64,000 bases of DNA from Octopus vulgaris (GCA_951406725.2 OX597835.1:32736001-32800000), one strand, 5' to 3'. Positions 10,977 through 25,272 are shown, numbered from the stretch's first letter. Notes: generated from the sequence alone by a model not told the origin. Made by a program: numbers and translations.

Positions 10977-12107
10977 TTCCCATTCCCAGCAGTAGAGCAA
11001 CGAAACTTGGCACAGTTATTAGTCTTTTTCTACATAGGAACCACCCAGAGTTACGCATTTCTCCCATCGTTTCATGCAGCTCTGGAGACCGTTTTTGTAG
11101 AAGACCCCAGCTTGGTCCTCCAACCTGAACGTGACTTCAGAAATCAAGCTGCATCATCTGGGAAACGCTTTCCTTTCAAAAACAACTTCACGACTGGGAA
11201 GAGGTGAAAATCAGAGGGTGCAAGGTCAGGAAAGTAGGGGGTTGGGGGAGGAGTTCATAGCCATACGACTATGCTTCTGATCTGGCGACAAGCGAGTTAT
11301 GGACCGGAGCGTTGTCCTGCAGGAGGAGGATGCCTTTGCTGATCTTTCCCCGCCTCTTGATTTTGATAACTTCTCTTAATTTCCTCAAAAGTAAAGCATA
11401 ATAGGCTCCTGCAATTGTGGTACCCTTTGCCAGGAAATCTGTCATCACTACTCCGTCCTGGTCCCAGAAGACTGTGAGCATGACCTTGCCAGCGGAGGGC
11501 TGCACCCTTGCCTTCTTTGGAGGGGGTGAGTCACGGTGCTTCCACTGCATTGACTGGGCTTTGGTCTCTGGATCATCGTAATGGACCCAGGTTTCATCCT
11601 GTGTAATCAGTCTTTTGAAAAATTTTGACTCATCTTCTTGGCACATCTCCAAATTCATCTTCAAGCACTCGACGCGTTCTTGCTTCTGGAAAGGCGTGAG
11701 CAACCTGGGAATCCATCTGGCAGACACCTTTTGCATATGCAAATGGTCATGAATGATAGTTTCCACAGACCCGGTACTAATCTTGACCTCATGGGCTATT
11801 TGGCGAATAATTATGCGTCGATCTTCCAAAATGGCAGCCTCAACTTGACGGACAGATGCCTCATCAATGGCAGAAGGGGCGACCAGATCTGGGAGCTGTT
11901 TCCACAGAGTTCCGACCATGTTTGAATTCACGATGCCAGCATCATCACCATAAGTTACTTTCATTTCATCAAAAGTCTCCCGTGGTGTGTGTCCTTTCAA
12001 ATACAAAAACCGGATCACTGCTCGACACTCAACAGGCTCCATTTCACACTTGATTCGGTTCAAACACCTGTAAATCAGAAACCACAATTAATTCAGAGCT
12101 GAAAAAT

Positions 12108-12108
<1 letters not shown>
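10975..12108 (-). mobile_element. Mariner (DD34D) transposon, near full-length transposase pseudogene
   Basis: ORF 11269-12087 has WIPRLL, TQDETW, VMLTVFWD, LLQDNAPVH; continues past a stop/frameshift with PDLAPSDFHLF...RWEKCV..GGSYVEK; (TA)n on both sides. Confidence 0.92.
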
Positions 12109-12142
<34 letters not shown>

Positions 12143-12143
<1 letters not shown>

Positions 12144-12277
12144 ATTTTTCTAATTTTTGTTGAGCATCTTATTCAGAATACAACATACATTTTATGTTAA
12201 ATATATAAATGATATATGTGTATTACATTTGGAAGCGTTACTAGAGAATGCTTGTCACCGAGAACGCTGTGAAGGAA
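12143..12277. repeat. Dispersed (TA)n-anchored repeat, copy 1
   Basis: GAGCATCTTATTCAGAATACAAC...GGAAGCGTTACTAGAGAATGCTTGTCACCGA recurs at ~15282-15415. Confidence 0.7.
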
Positions 12278-12707
12278 AACAAAAAAAAACTGTTGGAATT
12301 TCTTATATTTTCTATGATTTATTTTCTTAAATATAACCAATTATTTCAGTTTGCCTCGACACACTAATGAATATTAAGTAATTAATCTTTAAATAATATA
12401 TGAGTAAATGAGGACGTAAGTAACACACAAAAAAATTCAGTATATATTGCAAAGTCAATGTAATTCTATTCATGAAGACAAATTGACGTTTCAAGTGGAG
12501 ATCATTTATCAAGACAGTATGAAGTACAAATAGCAGAAAAGTTAACGTTTTCATGCACAAAAATGATATAGCGCTCAGATATGTGATATACTGTATTGGC
12601 TAACAGGAATATCTAAAATCAAAACAATATCTATTAGATGATGGTTCCATTTAAATTTGTTGTTAAAAGAAATTGATCTATCTATTTCTCTCTCTGTCTC
12701 TCTCCAA

Positions 12708-12854
<147 letters not shown>

Positions 12855-13491
12855 GAAGTGTTTTGCTTAAGAAATAAATACTGTTTAATTTGCGCTCATG
12901 AGTGTATATATTTGAGTGTAACACATTAACTACTAGACCAAGCTCATATACGCACACACACATATACATACTTACATACGTACATATAAACAACTACATA
13001 TACAATAATCTCCCCCTCTCTCTCCCTTTATATTATTATATATATATATATATATATATATAGACATACATATATATATCATATACATATATATAAATAT
13101 ATATGTGTTCGTGTGTGTGTATGCATGCATGTATATAATTATACCTATCTATTTCTCTGTCTGTGCACCTTCTACTAAGCCAACAATGGTGTTATTATTT
13201 TCATACCATCACCTCAGTCTTTAATACTTTTCCTGAAGTCACTTCGTTTAACACCGCACTTGACTCTTGCATGAGTTTTGAGAAATCCATTTTGACGTGG
13301 TGCAGTCTATTACTCACACCTGCACCCTGAGCACTGTTAATGGATTCCACTCTGTTGTCACTAAATTTTAAACCATCACGTGACACAATGGTTGACTTCA
13401 TTGATGCTTTCTCTCTTTTACTGAGGACAAACACAGACACACAAACATATTTACACACGTACTTATATATATATACGTGGCTTGTATATAG

Positions 13492-13656
13492 GGCGCAGGA
13501 GTGGCTGTATGATAAGTAGCTTGCTTACCAACCACATGGTTCCAGGTTCAGTCCCACTGCGTGGCATCTTGGGCAAGTGTCTTCTACTATAGCCTCGGGC
13601 CGACCAATGCCTTGTGAGTGGATTTGGTAGACGGAAACTGAAAGAAGCATGTCGTA

Positions 13657-13711
<55 letters not shown>

Positions 13712-13935
13712 GTGTGTATGTTTGTGTGTCTGTGTTTGGCCCCCTAGCATTGCTTGACAACCGATGCTGGTGTGTTTACTTCCCCGTCACATAGCGGTTC
13801 GGCAAAAGATACCGATAGAATAAGTACTGGGCTTACAAAGAATAAGTCCCGAGGTCGATTTGCTCGACTAAAGCGGTGCTCCAGCATGGCCGCAGTCAAA
13901 TGACTGAAACAAGTAAAAGAGAGAGAGAAAAGAGA
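13492..13935 (+). mobile_element. SINE family B, full length
   Basis: GGCGCAGGAGTGGCTGT..GGTTCAGTCCC..CTTGGGCAAGTGTCTTCT..(TA)n(TG)n..CCAGCATGGCCGCAGTC..GTAAAAGAG. Confidence 0.88.
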
Positions 13936-13965
13936 ATATATATATATGTATATATATATACATAT

Positions 13966-14121
13966 ATACGATGTCCTTCTTTAAGTTTCCGTCTACCAAA
14001 TCTACTCACAAGGTTTTAGTCGGCCCGAGACTATAGTAGAAGACACCTGCTCAAGGTGCCACGCGGTGGAACTAAACCAGGAACCATGGGTTTGGTAAGC
14101 AAGCTTACCACACAGCCACTT
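13966..14121 (-). mobile_element. SINE family B 5' half
   Basis: Reverse complement of the family B head up to its internal microsatellite. Confidence 0.75.
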
Positions 14122-14591
14122 CTACGTATTTCTCTGTTGAAAGAATTAGACTGAAGTACATTGCCTAAGAATAATTTTCTCTTTTCCTCTCACCATTAGA
14201 ACCTCTTTAAAACCAATGGCAGAAACTTTCCTTCTCCATAAGATTTAACAATTAACATAATTTTATATCCATTTTAAAGTATTTAGTTGAACAAATAACA
14301 TCAACTTCATATTTTGGCCACAAGGCCAGAAAATTCAGAGAAGGGGTAAGTCGATTACATCTACTGCAGTTTTTCACTGTTACTTATTTTATCGACCCTA
14401 AGATGATAAAAACTCAAAATCGACCCCGGCAGAATTTTGAAATTAGAAAGTAAAAAACGGGTGAATAACCGATATGCATTTTGCCTAGCGTGCTCAAGAT
14501 TCTGTCAGCTTGCTGCTGGCATTAGTGGTTCAAATGATATAAAGTTTCTTCAATCAGTAGTTGGTCTAATATATATATATATATATATATA

Positions 14592-14754
14592 TACTCAGAA
14601 TAAACAACAAGAATAACTCCGGTAATTTGGTACGATCGTTTTGCACTACATCATTTTATTAAATGTGGTACGTATTACAACAGTTTTAAAATGCTGAGCA
14701 CTCATCAGACATTGATAGAGGTTTACCATATTCATTTGAACTAAATTTTGTGAA

Positions 14755-14757
<3 letters not shown>
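14592..14757 (-). mobile_element. (TA)n-flanked pLTR-like fragment with decayed hammerhead
   Basis: Minus strand CTGATGAGTGCTCAGCAT..AAAACTGTTGTA..AATAAA. Confidence 0.4.
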
Positions 14758-15077
<320 letters not shown>

Positions 15078-15120
15078 TATATTTATATATACATATATAT
15101 ATATATATATGTGTGTATAT

Positions 15121-15229
15121 TGTTGTTGTGACCCCCTTCGGTCATGAATGACCATGGGATTGCACCTAGAAAGTTACCCTCCGAGGCACAAGTCCGGCAA
15201 GGTTGTTTATGGAAGACCAGCAATCGCCC

Positions 15230-15230
<1 letters not shown>
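15121..15230 (-). mobile_element. Retroposon 3'-tail fragment
   Basis: GC-richer island in microsatellite; minus strand ends CATGACCGAAGGGGGT followed by (CAA)n. Confidence 0.4.
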
Positions 15231-15281
<51 letters not shown>

Positions 15282-15283
<2 letters not shown>

Positions 15284-15415
15284 TTTTCTAAGTTATGTTT
15301 AGCATCTCATTCAGAATACAACACACATTTTATATTAAATATATAAATGATATATGCGTATTACATTTGGAAGCGTTACTAGAGAATGCTTGTCACCGAC
15401 AACGCTGTTAAGGAA
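15282..15415. repeat. Dispersed (TA)n-anchored repeat, copy 2
   Basis: Direct match to 12143-12277. Confidence 0.7.
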
Positions 15416-15734
15416 CAGAAAGGTCGCTCTGATATAAAACCGGATATGTAGGAAATGGAACTGAACATTTCGGGGACTTTTTACTTGCGCTTGTGATCAT
15501 GGCACTCCCACATACCTGAGCCTGCGATTTATATTGGCACCGAATATCTTGTTTCGGCTTCTCTACAGATTATATCAAGGGGATGGAGAGGGTCTATAAG
15601 ATGTTGCGAAAGCCTTATTGGACCTAAGGTTTTGCAGATAATGCTTCTTATAGTCAATGAAGTTTGTGTTCGGTCACGAATAGACAGCCACCAACATATA
15701 TGTGTGTGTATGCTCACGTATGTATGTATATATA

Positions 15735-16100
15735 TATGTAGTGTCTGTGCAGGACCCTGCCTCAGTATAGCTGGACTCAAGAGTCATCTTCGTAGTCCTA
15801 AAAAGAGACAGATGAGTGACAACCTGGTCACTAGTGGTGGTGTTACACACTATACTAATCATATCTGCCAGGCATGTGGAAGAGAGTGTAATTCGGCAGG
15901 TGGACTTAAACGATATGCAAAGGTACATGAAGCCCAGTTTACAACTACAGCCGGCTATTGCCAGTAAAGGTTTTAGCTGCCAATTCTGTACAAGACATTG
16001 TAGATCTTTAGCTGGGCTAAAAAGTCACATTCGATCACAGTAGCAATAACAATAAGCTTCGTGCAATGGCCATACTCGATAACGAGGGGGCAGCCATCAT
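15735..16100 (+). pseudogene. Probable RTE-clade LINE 3' end with three C2H2-like fingers
   Basis: CSVCAGPCLSIAGLKSHLRS, CQACGRECNSAGGLKRYAKVH, CQFCTRHCRSLAGLKSHIRS; short 3' UTR then (GTAT)n. Confidence 0.6.
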
Positions 16101-17073
16101 GTATGTATGTATGTATGTATTTATGTATGTATTATTACGTGTGTATGTTTATTAATGCAGTTTGAGCAAAGCATCAAGATGTTTTCTTAGTGAATGAATA
16201 CTCTGCAGTTTTAAGTCTGTACAGTTGGACAAAAACGCTAAGGATATCTTACACGAAACAACCACAAATATATTTGAAAGAAGCAAAGGTGTAATTAATT
16301 GACTTCAGCCGACTCCATTTTTTGAGTGCTATAATTTCTTTATCGACCACGTAACATTGAAGAATAAAATTGACCTCTGGAGGGAGATTTAAGCCAGAAA
16401 TTTAAATGGTTAGAATTACCAACCAACACATAAAACAATACGCAACTGCCTATGTCATAATTATTTCTACTATAGGCACAATGGAGAGAAGGTGAGTCGA
16501 TTACATTGACTCCAGTTGTCGATTGGTATTCATTTTATCGAAACCAAAAGCATAAAAGGCAAAATCAACCTCAGTAAAATTTTAACTCAGAACCTAAAGA
16601 GCTCAAGTATTTTGTACAGCGTGCTAACGATTCTGCCATCACGCCAACTATGATGCCGCCATAATAGCTACTTAAAATAAAAAGGCCCAGGTATTGTAGA
16701 AATAGATATTACAGTACAGTAATTGACATATATTAAACTATTACCTATTTCTAGCACATGGCAGGAGTAAAAACAGTTAAAAGGGACTTAATAATGACAA
16801 TAAGGTCTTTAATTCCGTGCTCTAGTGTCAGCATCGTCCTACTCCGTCGTTGAAGTAGAGTACAAACAAAAAAAAACATATGTCCTTTAGAGATAGCAAG
16901 AAAACAATCATATTACAAAATAATATTACAACGTTCTTATTTGTATATTTGTTTAAAACAATGTCATGCAATACGCTAATATACTATGGTTTCTTTTACT
17001 CCGTACATGCATACATACATATGTATATATATGTAGATATATATACATATCTATATAAACATATATATCTATG

Positions 17074-17107
<34 letters not shown>

Positions 17108-17368
17108 ATTTATATATATGTGTGTATGCTCGAGTATGTATGTATGTATATATTTATATATATTTATATATATATGTAAACATATGTGTGTGTGTGTATG
17201 TATGCACTTAAGTATGTATATATGTATGCATGTATATATATGCCTCAATTTCTTTGCATTTATTTATATATGCATACATACATACCTACATACATATATA
17301 TATGTACACACACACACACACGCAAATACATATATATGCAGAGAGAGAGAGGGAAAGAGAGAGAGATA

Positions 17369-17407
<39 letters not shown>

Positions 17408-17629
17408 TCAGACAGACTGACACAACGGGAAAGAAGGATACTACACATACAAATCTATGCATATATATATATTAAAGATATGCAAAGAAATGTTGGCATA
17501 TATATATATATATATACAAACACACACACACATATATATATATTCATATATTCATATATATATATATATATATAAATCAGTATATATGTTTGCATACACA
17601 TATATGCGTATCTCGTTGTGTCTGTACTG

Positions 17630-17700
<71 letters not shown>

Positions 17701-17703
<3 letters not shown>

Positions 17704-18105
17704 TTTTCTTTTTCTTTTCACTTGTTTCAGTCATTTTGACTGCGGCCATGCTGGAGCACCGCCTTTTAGTCGAGCAACTCGACCCCGGGACTTATTCTTT
17801 TGGTAAGCCCAGTACTTATTCTATCGGTCTCTTTTGCCGAGCCGCTAAGTAACGGGGACATAAACACACCAGCATCAGTTGTCAAACAATGGTAGGGGGA
17901 CAAACACAGACACACACACATATATATATACATACATATATACGACGGGCTTCTTTCAGTTTCCATCTACCAAATCCACTCACAAGGCTTTGGTCGGCCC
18001 GAAGCTATAGCAGAAGACACTTCCCCAAGGTGCCACGCAGTGGGACTGAACCCGGAACCATGTGGTTGGTAAGCAAGCTACTTACCACACAGCCACTCCT
18101 GCGCC
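17701..18105 (-). mobile_element. SINE family B, full length
   Basis: Reverse complement of family B consensus. Confidence 0.88.
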
Positions 18106-18145
<40 letters not shown>

Positions 18146-18289
18146 CATACATATATACATGTATATATATGTATATATATATATATTTATGTATATATAT
18201 ACATCTATATATATATATATGTATAGATATATTTATATGTACATGTATATATGTATATTTATATATATGTATAAATGTATATATATATA

Positions 18290-18364
<75 letters not shown>

Positions 18365-18729
18365 ACACAATCTTACATGCATACATATGTACATATTTGA
18401 AATATAGTCATGAAATCAGATCTTAAAGTCAAGAATGAATTGCTTTTTTTTGTTCTTTTTGTTTTTCTTTTATCATCCATCTAGTTAAATTACAATATTC
18501 ATCTTTACCCCCAACATCCTCTGCAGCAACAGATAACCAAAGCCATCTGCTACTTGACAACAGCAATCGGCAGAATAAATGAGAAAACGGAATAAAATAT
18601 TTTTACTGAAAAGAAAACTTTTATTCAGGAGGCGAAAGCTATATTACCATATGTCATTCCAACAATGCGATCGATATATTTTTTTCTAATGAAATGTGTG
18701 ATTGCCATGTATGTGTATAAGAATGTATG

Positions 18730-18802
<73 letters not shown>

Positions 18803-19035
18803 GTTTATATGTATGTACGTATGTGTGTATATATATGCACGTATGTATGTATTCGTGCATATGTAAATATATATAAATATATGTTTTGTATAAATATGTG
18901 TGCGTGTGTATACATTTGTGAATACATGTATTTATATGCATACTCGCGCACACACATATGCACACATTCATAGACAGGTTGATTTATATATCGGTATATA
19001 TACATATACAAATATATACATACACACACATATAC

Positions 19036-19075
<40 letters not shown>

Positions 19076-19185
19076 CATATGTATATGTATAAATATACAT
19101 ACATATGTATATATATACATATATATATTTATATATATATATATATGTATATATATATACATATGTATATATATATATACATATG

Positions 19186-19232
<47 letters not shown>

Positions 19233-19233
19233 G

Positions 19234-19264
<31 letters not shown>

Positions 19265-19899
19265 GGTATACATTCTTTATTTGAACAACAAAGAGAATAA
19301 ATGTGAAGTGCCAAAAATGGCTTCTATCATTTTACCTGAACAACAAAGCGTTCTTTATAGAAATATTTCTATGGACTTGACTGACATGGAGAGTGAGACA
19401 GGAGGAGGGAGGAAAGAGAGAGAAAGAAAGAGACAGCGAGAGAGATAAGAGTGAGAGAGAACGAGGGTAGGTGAGAGACGAAAGAGAAGGGTTTTTAAAT
19501 GTGGTTTCCATTATTTGGCTGCCTGGAAATAATCCATTAAACGAATAAAATCTCATTAGCTGAAGAATTTCTCTTTACATTGTAGACAACATTTGTCGAT
19601 AAAGATATGAAAAAAATATTATTCACTTCTTTCAAACGGAGCAAAAGTTTGTTTGGTCAGAGATATCTCGAGGATTTTTAAAAATCTTAGTGAAGGGATC
19701 ATAATTGTAGAGTTGTACTGTACACGTGGGCTTTTGTTGAAAATTTTGAAAGTCTATGCCGCAGCGGTTTAACACAAGAATGTCGTTTACTTTTAATTAA
19801 TTTAATTTTCCTTTCACCGTGTAATCAAATTTAAACATGTCTTCTTATTATATGAGGACCAGTCCCAAAAGGCGTTATAGTGACCAGAGTAAACCGGGA

Positions 19900-20092
19900 G
19901 AGTTTACGAAAAAAAGACAAAAGACGAAGACAGATGGTGTACAAAACAAACAGATGTATTAGTATAGCACTCAGGAATTGAAAAAGTCTTTTACGTTTCG
20001 AGCCTACGCTCTTCTACAGACAGGGGCACAGAAAAAACAAGGCGAGAAACAAGGAGAGAAAAAAATGTGTGTAGTGGCTAACGATCTATCAT
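19900..20092 (-). mobile_element. Short pLTR-like element with hammerhead-like motif
   Basis: TTTTACGTTTCGAGCCTACGCTCTTCTACAG is the reverse complement of the 5171 motif; flanking sequence also matches. Confidence 0.65.
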
Positions 20093-20703
20093 GCCGACTG
20101 ACGCATCCCCATCCAAAACAAATAGAGGAATCTAAAATAAACATGGACCACCTGAAAGATACTCAAATTTTAGAGACTGTAAAATTAATGGCATTTCAGA
20201 AAAATAAATATACAAAAAAAGTAGAATAATAGACAGCGCGATCGACAAGAATAACATCTAAAAACAAACAGTTTGTCAAACTAAGATTCGATGAATACGA
20301 CAAAATTGTATTGTTTGTACTCGCACTTTGAAGCAACACACTTGAAATGGAATATTTTGTCGAAAGGCAACTCTGCGAATATAAGACAGAGCGCTGCCTT
20401 GCCTGATGACCACAGAAGCACACGGGAGTAGAAGGTCGACCAATTGGCATCTTACCAATGTCATGGAGTAACTCTAGCTTACTGTTTAAATGAAATCTCT
20501 TTAATTGGGACAAGTGGTTGTATGATTCCATATCCTTCATCTTCGAAACAGAATACAAAGCTTGCTCCAAAGTACGAGACACATATGCCATAAACCAGTC
20601 CCACAATCTATGGTTAGAGAAAATAAGAACTTCAAGGACATAATTGACGGCGTTGAATTATAGCTTGTGGTATCTTTAGTGGCAGTTGTTCACTGACAAC
20701 TAA

Positions 20704-20950
20704 GCCTCGGCCCAGTGGTTAGGGCAGCGGACTCGCGTTCGTAAGAACGCGGTTTCAATCCCCGGACCGGGCATTGTGAGTGTTTATTGAGCAAAAACAC
20801 CTAAGCTCCACGAGGCTCCGGCGAAGTCGTCTTTGCCTTTCATCCTTCGGATTGGTACTCAATCTATCAATTGCGTACTGAGGTCGATCTAATCGACTGG
20901 ACTCCTCCCCAAAAATTACGGGCCTTGTGCCTGGAGCAGAAAAGAAAAGA
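20704..20950 (+). mobile_element. Chimera: SINE family C head joined to SINE family A 3' part (tail variant 2)
   Basis: 20704-20822 matches the head of 43055-43371; 20823-20950 has CCTTTCATCCTTCGG..GGTCGATCTAATCGACT..GGGCCTTGTGCCT. Confidence 0.6.
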
Positions 20951-20962
20951 ATAATTTTGCAT

Positions 20963-21388
20963 GTCCTCCTGACTTCGTACGATTTCCAACGGTCCCAGAT
21001 ATGGTTCTCCTTCGAAGGTGCTGACACGAAGGATTAAGGACGAAATATCCATGGCCAGAAACTGAACTATTACACATTTGAAATTAAGCGGTATTTAAAG
21101 GATTTCTGCCAAGTGGGTATTATATAAAAATACAAAAAACAAAACAAAACAATAACAATAAACCATGGCAGCTGCAGCAGCTGCCATGGTTTATTGTTAT
21201 TGTTTTGTTTTGTTTTTTGTTTTGTTTTGTTTTTTGTTTTGTTTTGTTTTTTGTTTTGTTTTGTTAATTTCAAATGTGTAATAGTTCAGTTTCTGGCCAT
21301 GGATGTTTCGTCCTTAATCCTTCGTGTCAGCACCTTCGAAGGAGAACCATATCTGGGACCGTTGGAGATCGTACGAAGTCAGGAGGAC
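20963..21388. repeat. Nested near-perfect palindrome
   Basis: Outer arms 20963-21087 and 21264-21388; inner 44-bp arms around a 1-nt spacer at 21176. Confidence 0.92.
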
Positions 21389-22047
21389 CTACGGCATAAA
21401 GTGACTCCAACGGAAATATGGCGACATTGAAAAAACTAAATTAACAAGAAACCGCAAGAACACATTCCTACAGTAAAAACTAGCGTTGATAATGACGAAG
21501 AATGCTTTGCATCCACATAGTTTTGAGTTCAATCCTAGTGAACAACACCTTGGAGAAGTACATTCTTTCTCACCCAGGGCCGACCAATGCCTTATTAAGT
21601 GATTGTAGTTCGTAGATAGAAACTATGCCAAAGCCTGTCATGAGTGAGTGACTCTTTTTCCTGCCTCTTCATACATCATCTATAGCCTCAAATGGAGCTT
21701 TTGTGGCGCATATGTTAGACAATGCGGCTGCTGTCTAACCGACATATTTACAGATCATTTTATGAGATAACCACCTCGAAAAATATACCTCTGTCGCCCG
21801 TTGTTTCTGCTCCACCAACCATTCCACCGATCTCCTTACTGTCTTCGGCGCAGCCTTAATCTATGGAACGATCACAACCAGACTTCGCCAGGAACAATAG
21901 TACATTTTCACACAACGAAGTCATACACCGTTTGAACTTAACAACCCTTCCTTCATGTAACAGCTTCCAACTTACTTTTCCCTCTCATTCTGCATTGCTC
22001 TGGTGTTACACACCCAAATACACAACATACACAACCCGCACACACAT

Positions 22048-22094
<47 letters not shown>

Positions 22095-22186
22095 ATATAG
22101 TATAAACATTTTTTCAGAAAAAAATTCATCAAAAGTGGCAGCATATTAAAATACCGTTAAATGTTAAAATTATAAACAATTTTAGT

Positions 22187-22220
<34 letters not shown>

Positions 22221-22234
22221 TGTGTGTATGTATG

Positions 22235-22281
<47 letters not shown>

Positions 22282-23018
22282 GATGTGTGTATGTATGTAT
22301 GTATATATATATATATACATATATATATAATTATTAATATTTGAGGGAAAAAGACCCAAAAAAACTTACAAGGAAAAAAATTCAATTTAGAAGTACTAAA
22401 TCAAATTTCACACAATATAATATATATACAAAAAATTTGAAAAAACCCCCACCTTTTTTCAATTCAAAATGAATAATTGAATTACACCATCCAGAAAATT
22501 ACATATAATAGAAATGTTAACATTAAAATAATAATAAAAAAACAATAAAATATCAAAGATTAATTGAATTGCCAAAACAATAATAGCAATAACTTATATA
22601 AAATATAAATGAATATATATATATATATATATATATATACTGTTCACACACACGTATTCAAAGAGCCCTCGCTCACATCGACGACACCAGCCCGTACAAC
22701 ACACTCAGAACTCATGCACACGCAAACACATAGTCACACACATTCACCCGTACACACGCCCATCCACACACTCACGCACAACCAAATAGGTACACACAGG
22801 CACAGTACCACCCACGCGCGCACACATCACTTTGCTTCTCGATCCTTCGTTCATTTACAGTTAAATCCTACTACTGCTACAAACCTGTTAGATTCCTTCT
22901 CTCACACACATCACCCACACAAACACAAACACACATATACTACCATCCCACGCAGCACTCACTAATATACAAACACGCTACTATGTATGCACTTAAAATA
23001 ATGTATATACATATATAT

Positions 23019-23364
23019 GTTTCTTTATTACCCACAAGGGGCTATACATAGAGGGAACAAACAAGGACAGATAAGCGAATTATGCCAATTAAATCGACCC
23101 CAGTGCGTAACTGGTAGTTAATATATCGACCCCGAAAGGATGAAAGGCAAAGTCGACCTCGGCGGAATTTGAACTCAGAACGTAGCAGCAAACGATATAT
23201 CTACTTCTTTACCACCCACAAGGGGCTAAATACAGAGGGGACAAACAAGGACAGATAAGCGAATTATGTCGATTATATCGACCCCAGTGCGTAACTGGTA
23301 CTTAATATATCGAACCCGAAACGATGAAAGGCATTTCGCCCGGTGTGCTAACGGTTCTGCCAGC
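23019..23364 (-). mobile_element. SINE family A, dimeric
   Basis: Two tandem copies of CCCACAAGGGGCT..GGGACAAACAAGGACAGA..CGACCCCAGTGCGTAACTGG. Confidence 0.8.
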
Positions 23365-23404
23365 AAACTATTTAAATTCGTTTAAGGATAGAATTAAGAT
23401 GCTC

Positions 23405-23640
23405 ATCACAAGCTTGAGCAAGTTTTTCTGGTCACTTAAGAATAAAAACGCCAGCTATAATATAGAATGGGAAAATGATTAGCACAGCTGTACATTATGT
23501 AACAAGAGAAAACAATGTAACTTGTGCATAGAGGAAATTTATCTTATTTTTGTATCATCAAAGCACCACTTACTTAACAGTAGACTAGAACAGACATTGA
23601 GATGTCCGCACCTGCATCGGAAAACATTTAAATACTTCCA
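23405..23640 (+). pseudogene. PLE GIY-YIG C-terminal fragment
   Basis: TSLSKFFWSLKNKNASYNIEWE..KQCNLCIEEIYLIF..LLNSRLEQTLRCPHLHRKTF aligns with the ORF at 3800-4285. Confidence 0.75.
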
Positions 23641-25238
23641 TGCTGGTTTTGGATAGGATAGCATCCGTTAAACTAAGGAAGGTACCTGAATTTAAGGGGT
23701 AAATTTCGGGACAATATCTGGTTTAACCTCAATGGTTTGTTTATAGCGTTCGAATGTTTGCGCTGAACAAGTGAACAGTGTGCCAAACGCCAGACATCGA
23801 AATGATTTGCAGAGCAACTTGAAATGAAATATTTTGCTCAAGAACACAACGCCCAACCCGGTCCGGAAATCGAAGACACGATTTTGTGATCATGAGTAAA
23901 ATAGCTGCAACACCTTTGATCATTTATTTATTTATTTATACGTAAACACATGCACGCAACCCCCCCCCCACACACACACACATATACATGAATGCATGTG
24001 AACATGTAGTGTATATACGTGTACTTGTGTTCCATGCGTATGTGTATTTCTGCTTATTGAGTGCTTATGAAATCACGCTTAACCTCAAAGTGCCGCGAGT
24101 AATTTCATTTTTGCGAATCCATTTCCATTTAGGTAAATAACATCGACTTATTTTATTTTATTTTATTTCTACATTTAGAAATAAACCAAGAAGCAATACA
24201 TCGAAATATCTTCTCATAAACGTCTCCTAGGTATTTACCATTCTCTCTTTACGTGGGAATAATTTTTAAAACACATAAGAGAAATATTCCCCTTGGCTGA
24301 ATGCAAATAAGAAATGTCAATAGGCATTCACTTTCGCAATCACACACACAGGCACACAGACGCACACACATACAGAGAGAAAGGGGGAAGAGTGTGAGAG
24401 AGAGAAAGTGGGAGAGAAAGTTTTAGAGAGAAGGAGAGTGAATATGCTATGCAGCATCCTTTTCAAAGTTCTGAGAGGATCAGCCAAAACGACAATGGTC
24501 TATGTTACCTATACAAAGGAAATCCTTGCATATTTTCAGATGAAAACATCAAAGAATTTTCCGCCCGAAAATACTGAACATAATTCCTATTATAAGCGAA
24601 TTTCTATTGTAATCTCTTGAAAACTCCGAGAATGGCACAGAACCGACGAGGCGTAAAGTGAATGAGAGTTTGGTTAGGAATCAATGTTATGAACCAAACC
24701 AATAAAATCCATAAACGATAGACTTTTTATCGATATTCGTAGAACCAAAAGTCGAAACGAAATAAAATAAAATTATAAAGGAGCGAAAGAGAAAAACAAT
24801 GAAATCACATTCCGAACAACGGAGAAATGGTTAGTAACTGAGCCGCCATCAAAATGCAGGAACGCACATTGTAATTATTTCTGTTGTGAAAGAATAAACA
24901 AACCTGATAAAACAGAGCGCAATATACGTAATATGGACTGAATAGATTTTAGATCGGCACCGAAATAGTCTAGATTTGATATTGACCAATTTAGAAGAAT
25001 ATAGGAATTCGGATTACTTTTTCCGGCATTTGCAGGCTTCAGTGATTTTGTTATATTCTTTCCTATGAAACCTGAAATTCAACGGTATATAGCTTCAAGT
25101 TTACAATTACAAAACTAACATTCACCTTCGGTGGATAACGGCAAATATAAAATTAACCAATAAAAACGTTTTTATCTATTCAGCCGAAGCACAAAAGCCC
25201 ACCATTTATGAAATACACACACACACACAGTCACAAAC

Positions 25239-25272
<34 letters not shown>

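Noticed and set aside
16880-19448. Many overlapping YI/IY/HT-rich ORFs (also at 47.3-48.1, 57-58 and 61-64 kb)
   Set aside because: Translations of simple repeats that lack stop codons
20196-20606. 136-aa minus-strand ORF
   Set aside because: No recognisable domain or splice context; at most a decayed LINE fragment
24508-24575. AG...GT-bounded micro-exon on the minus strand
   Set aside because: Such boundaries arise by chance and the peptide is unrecognisable
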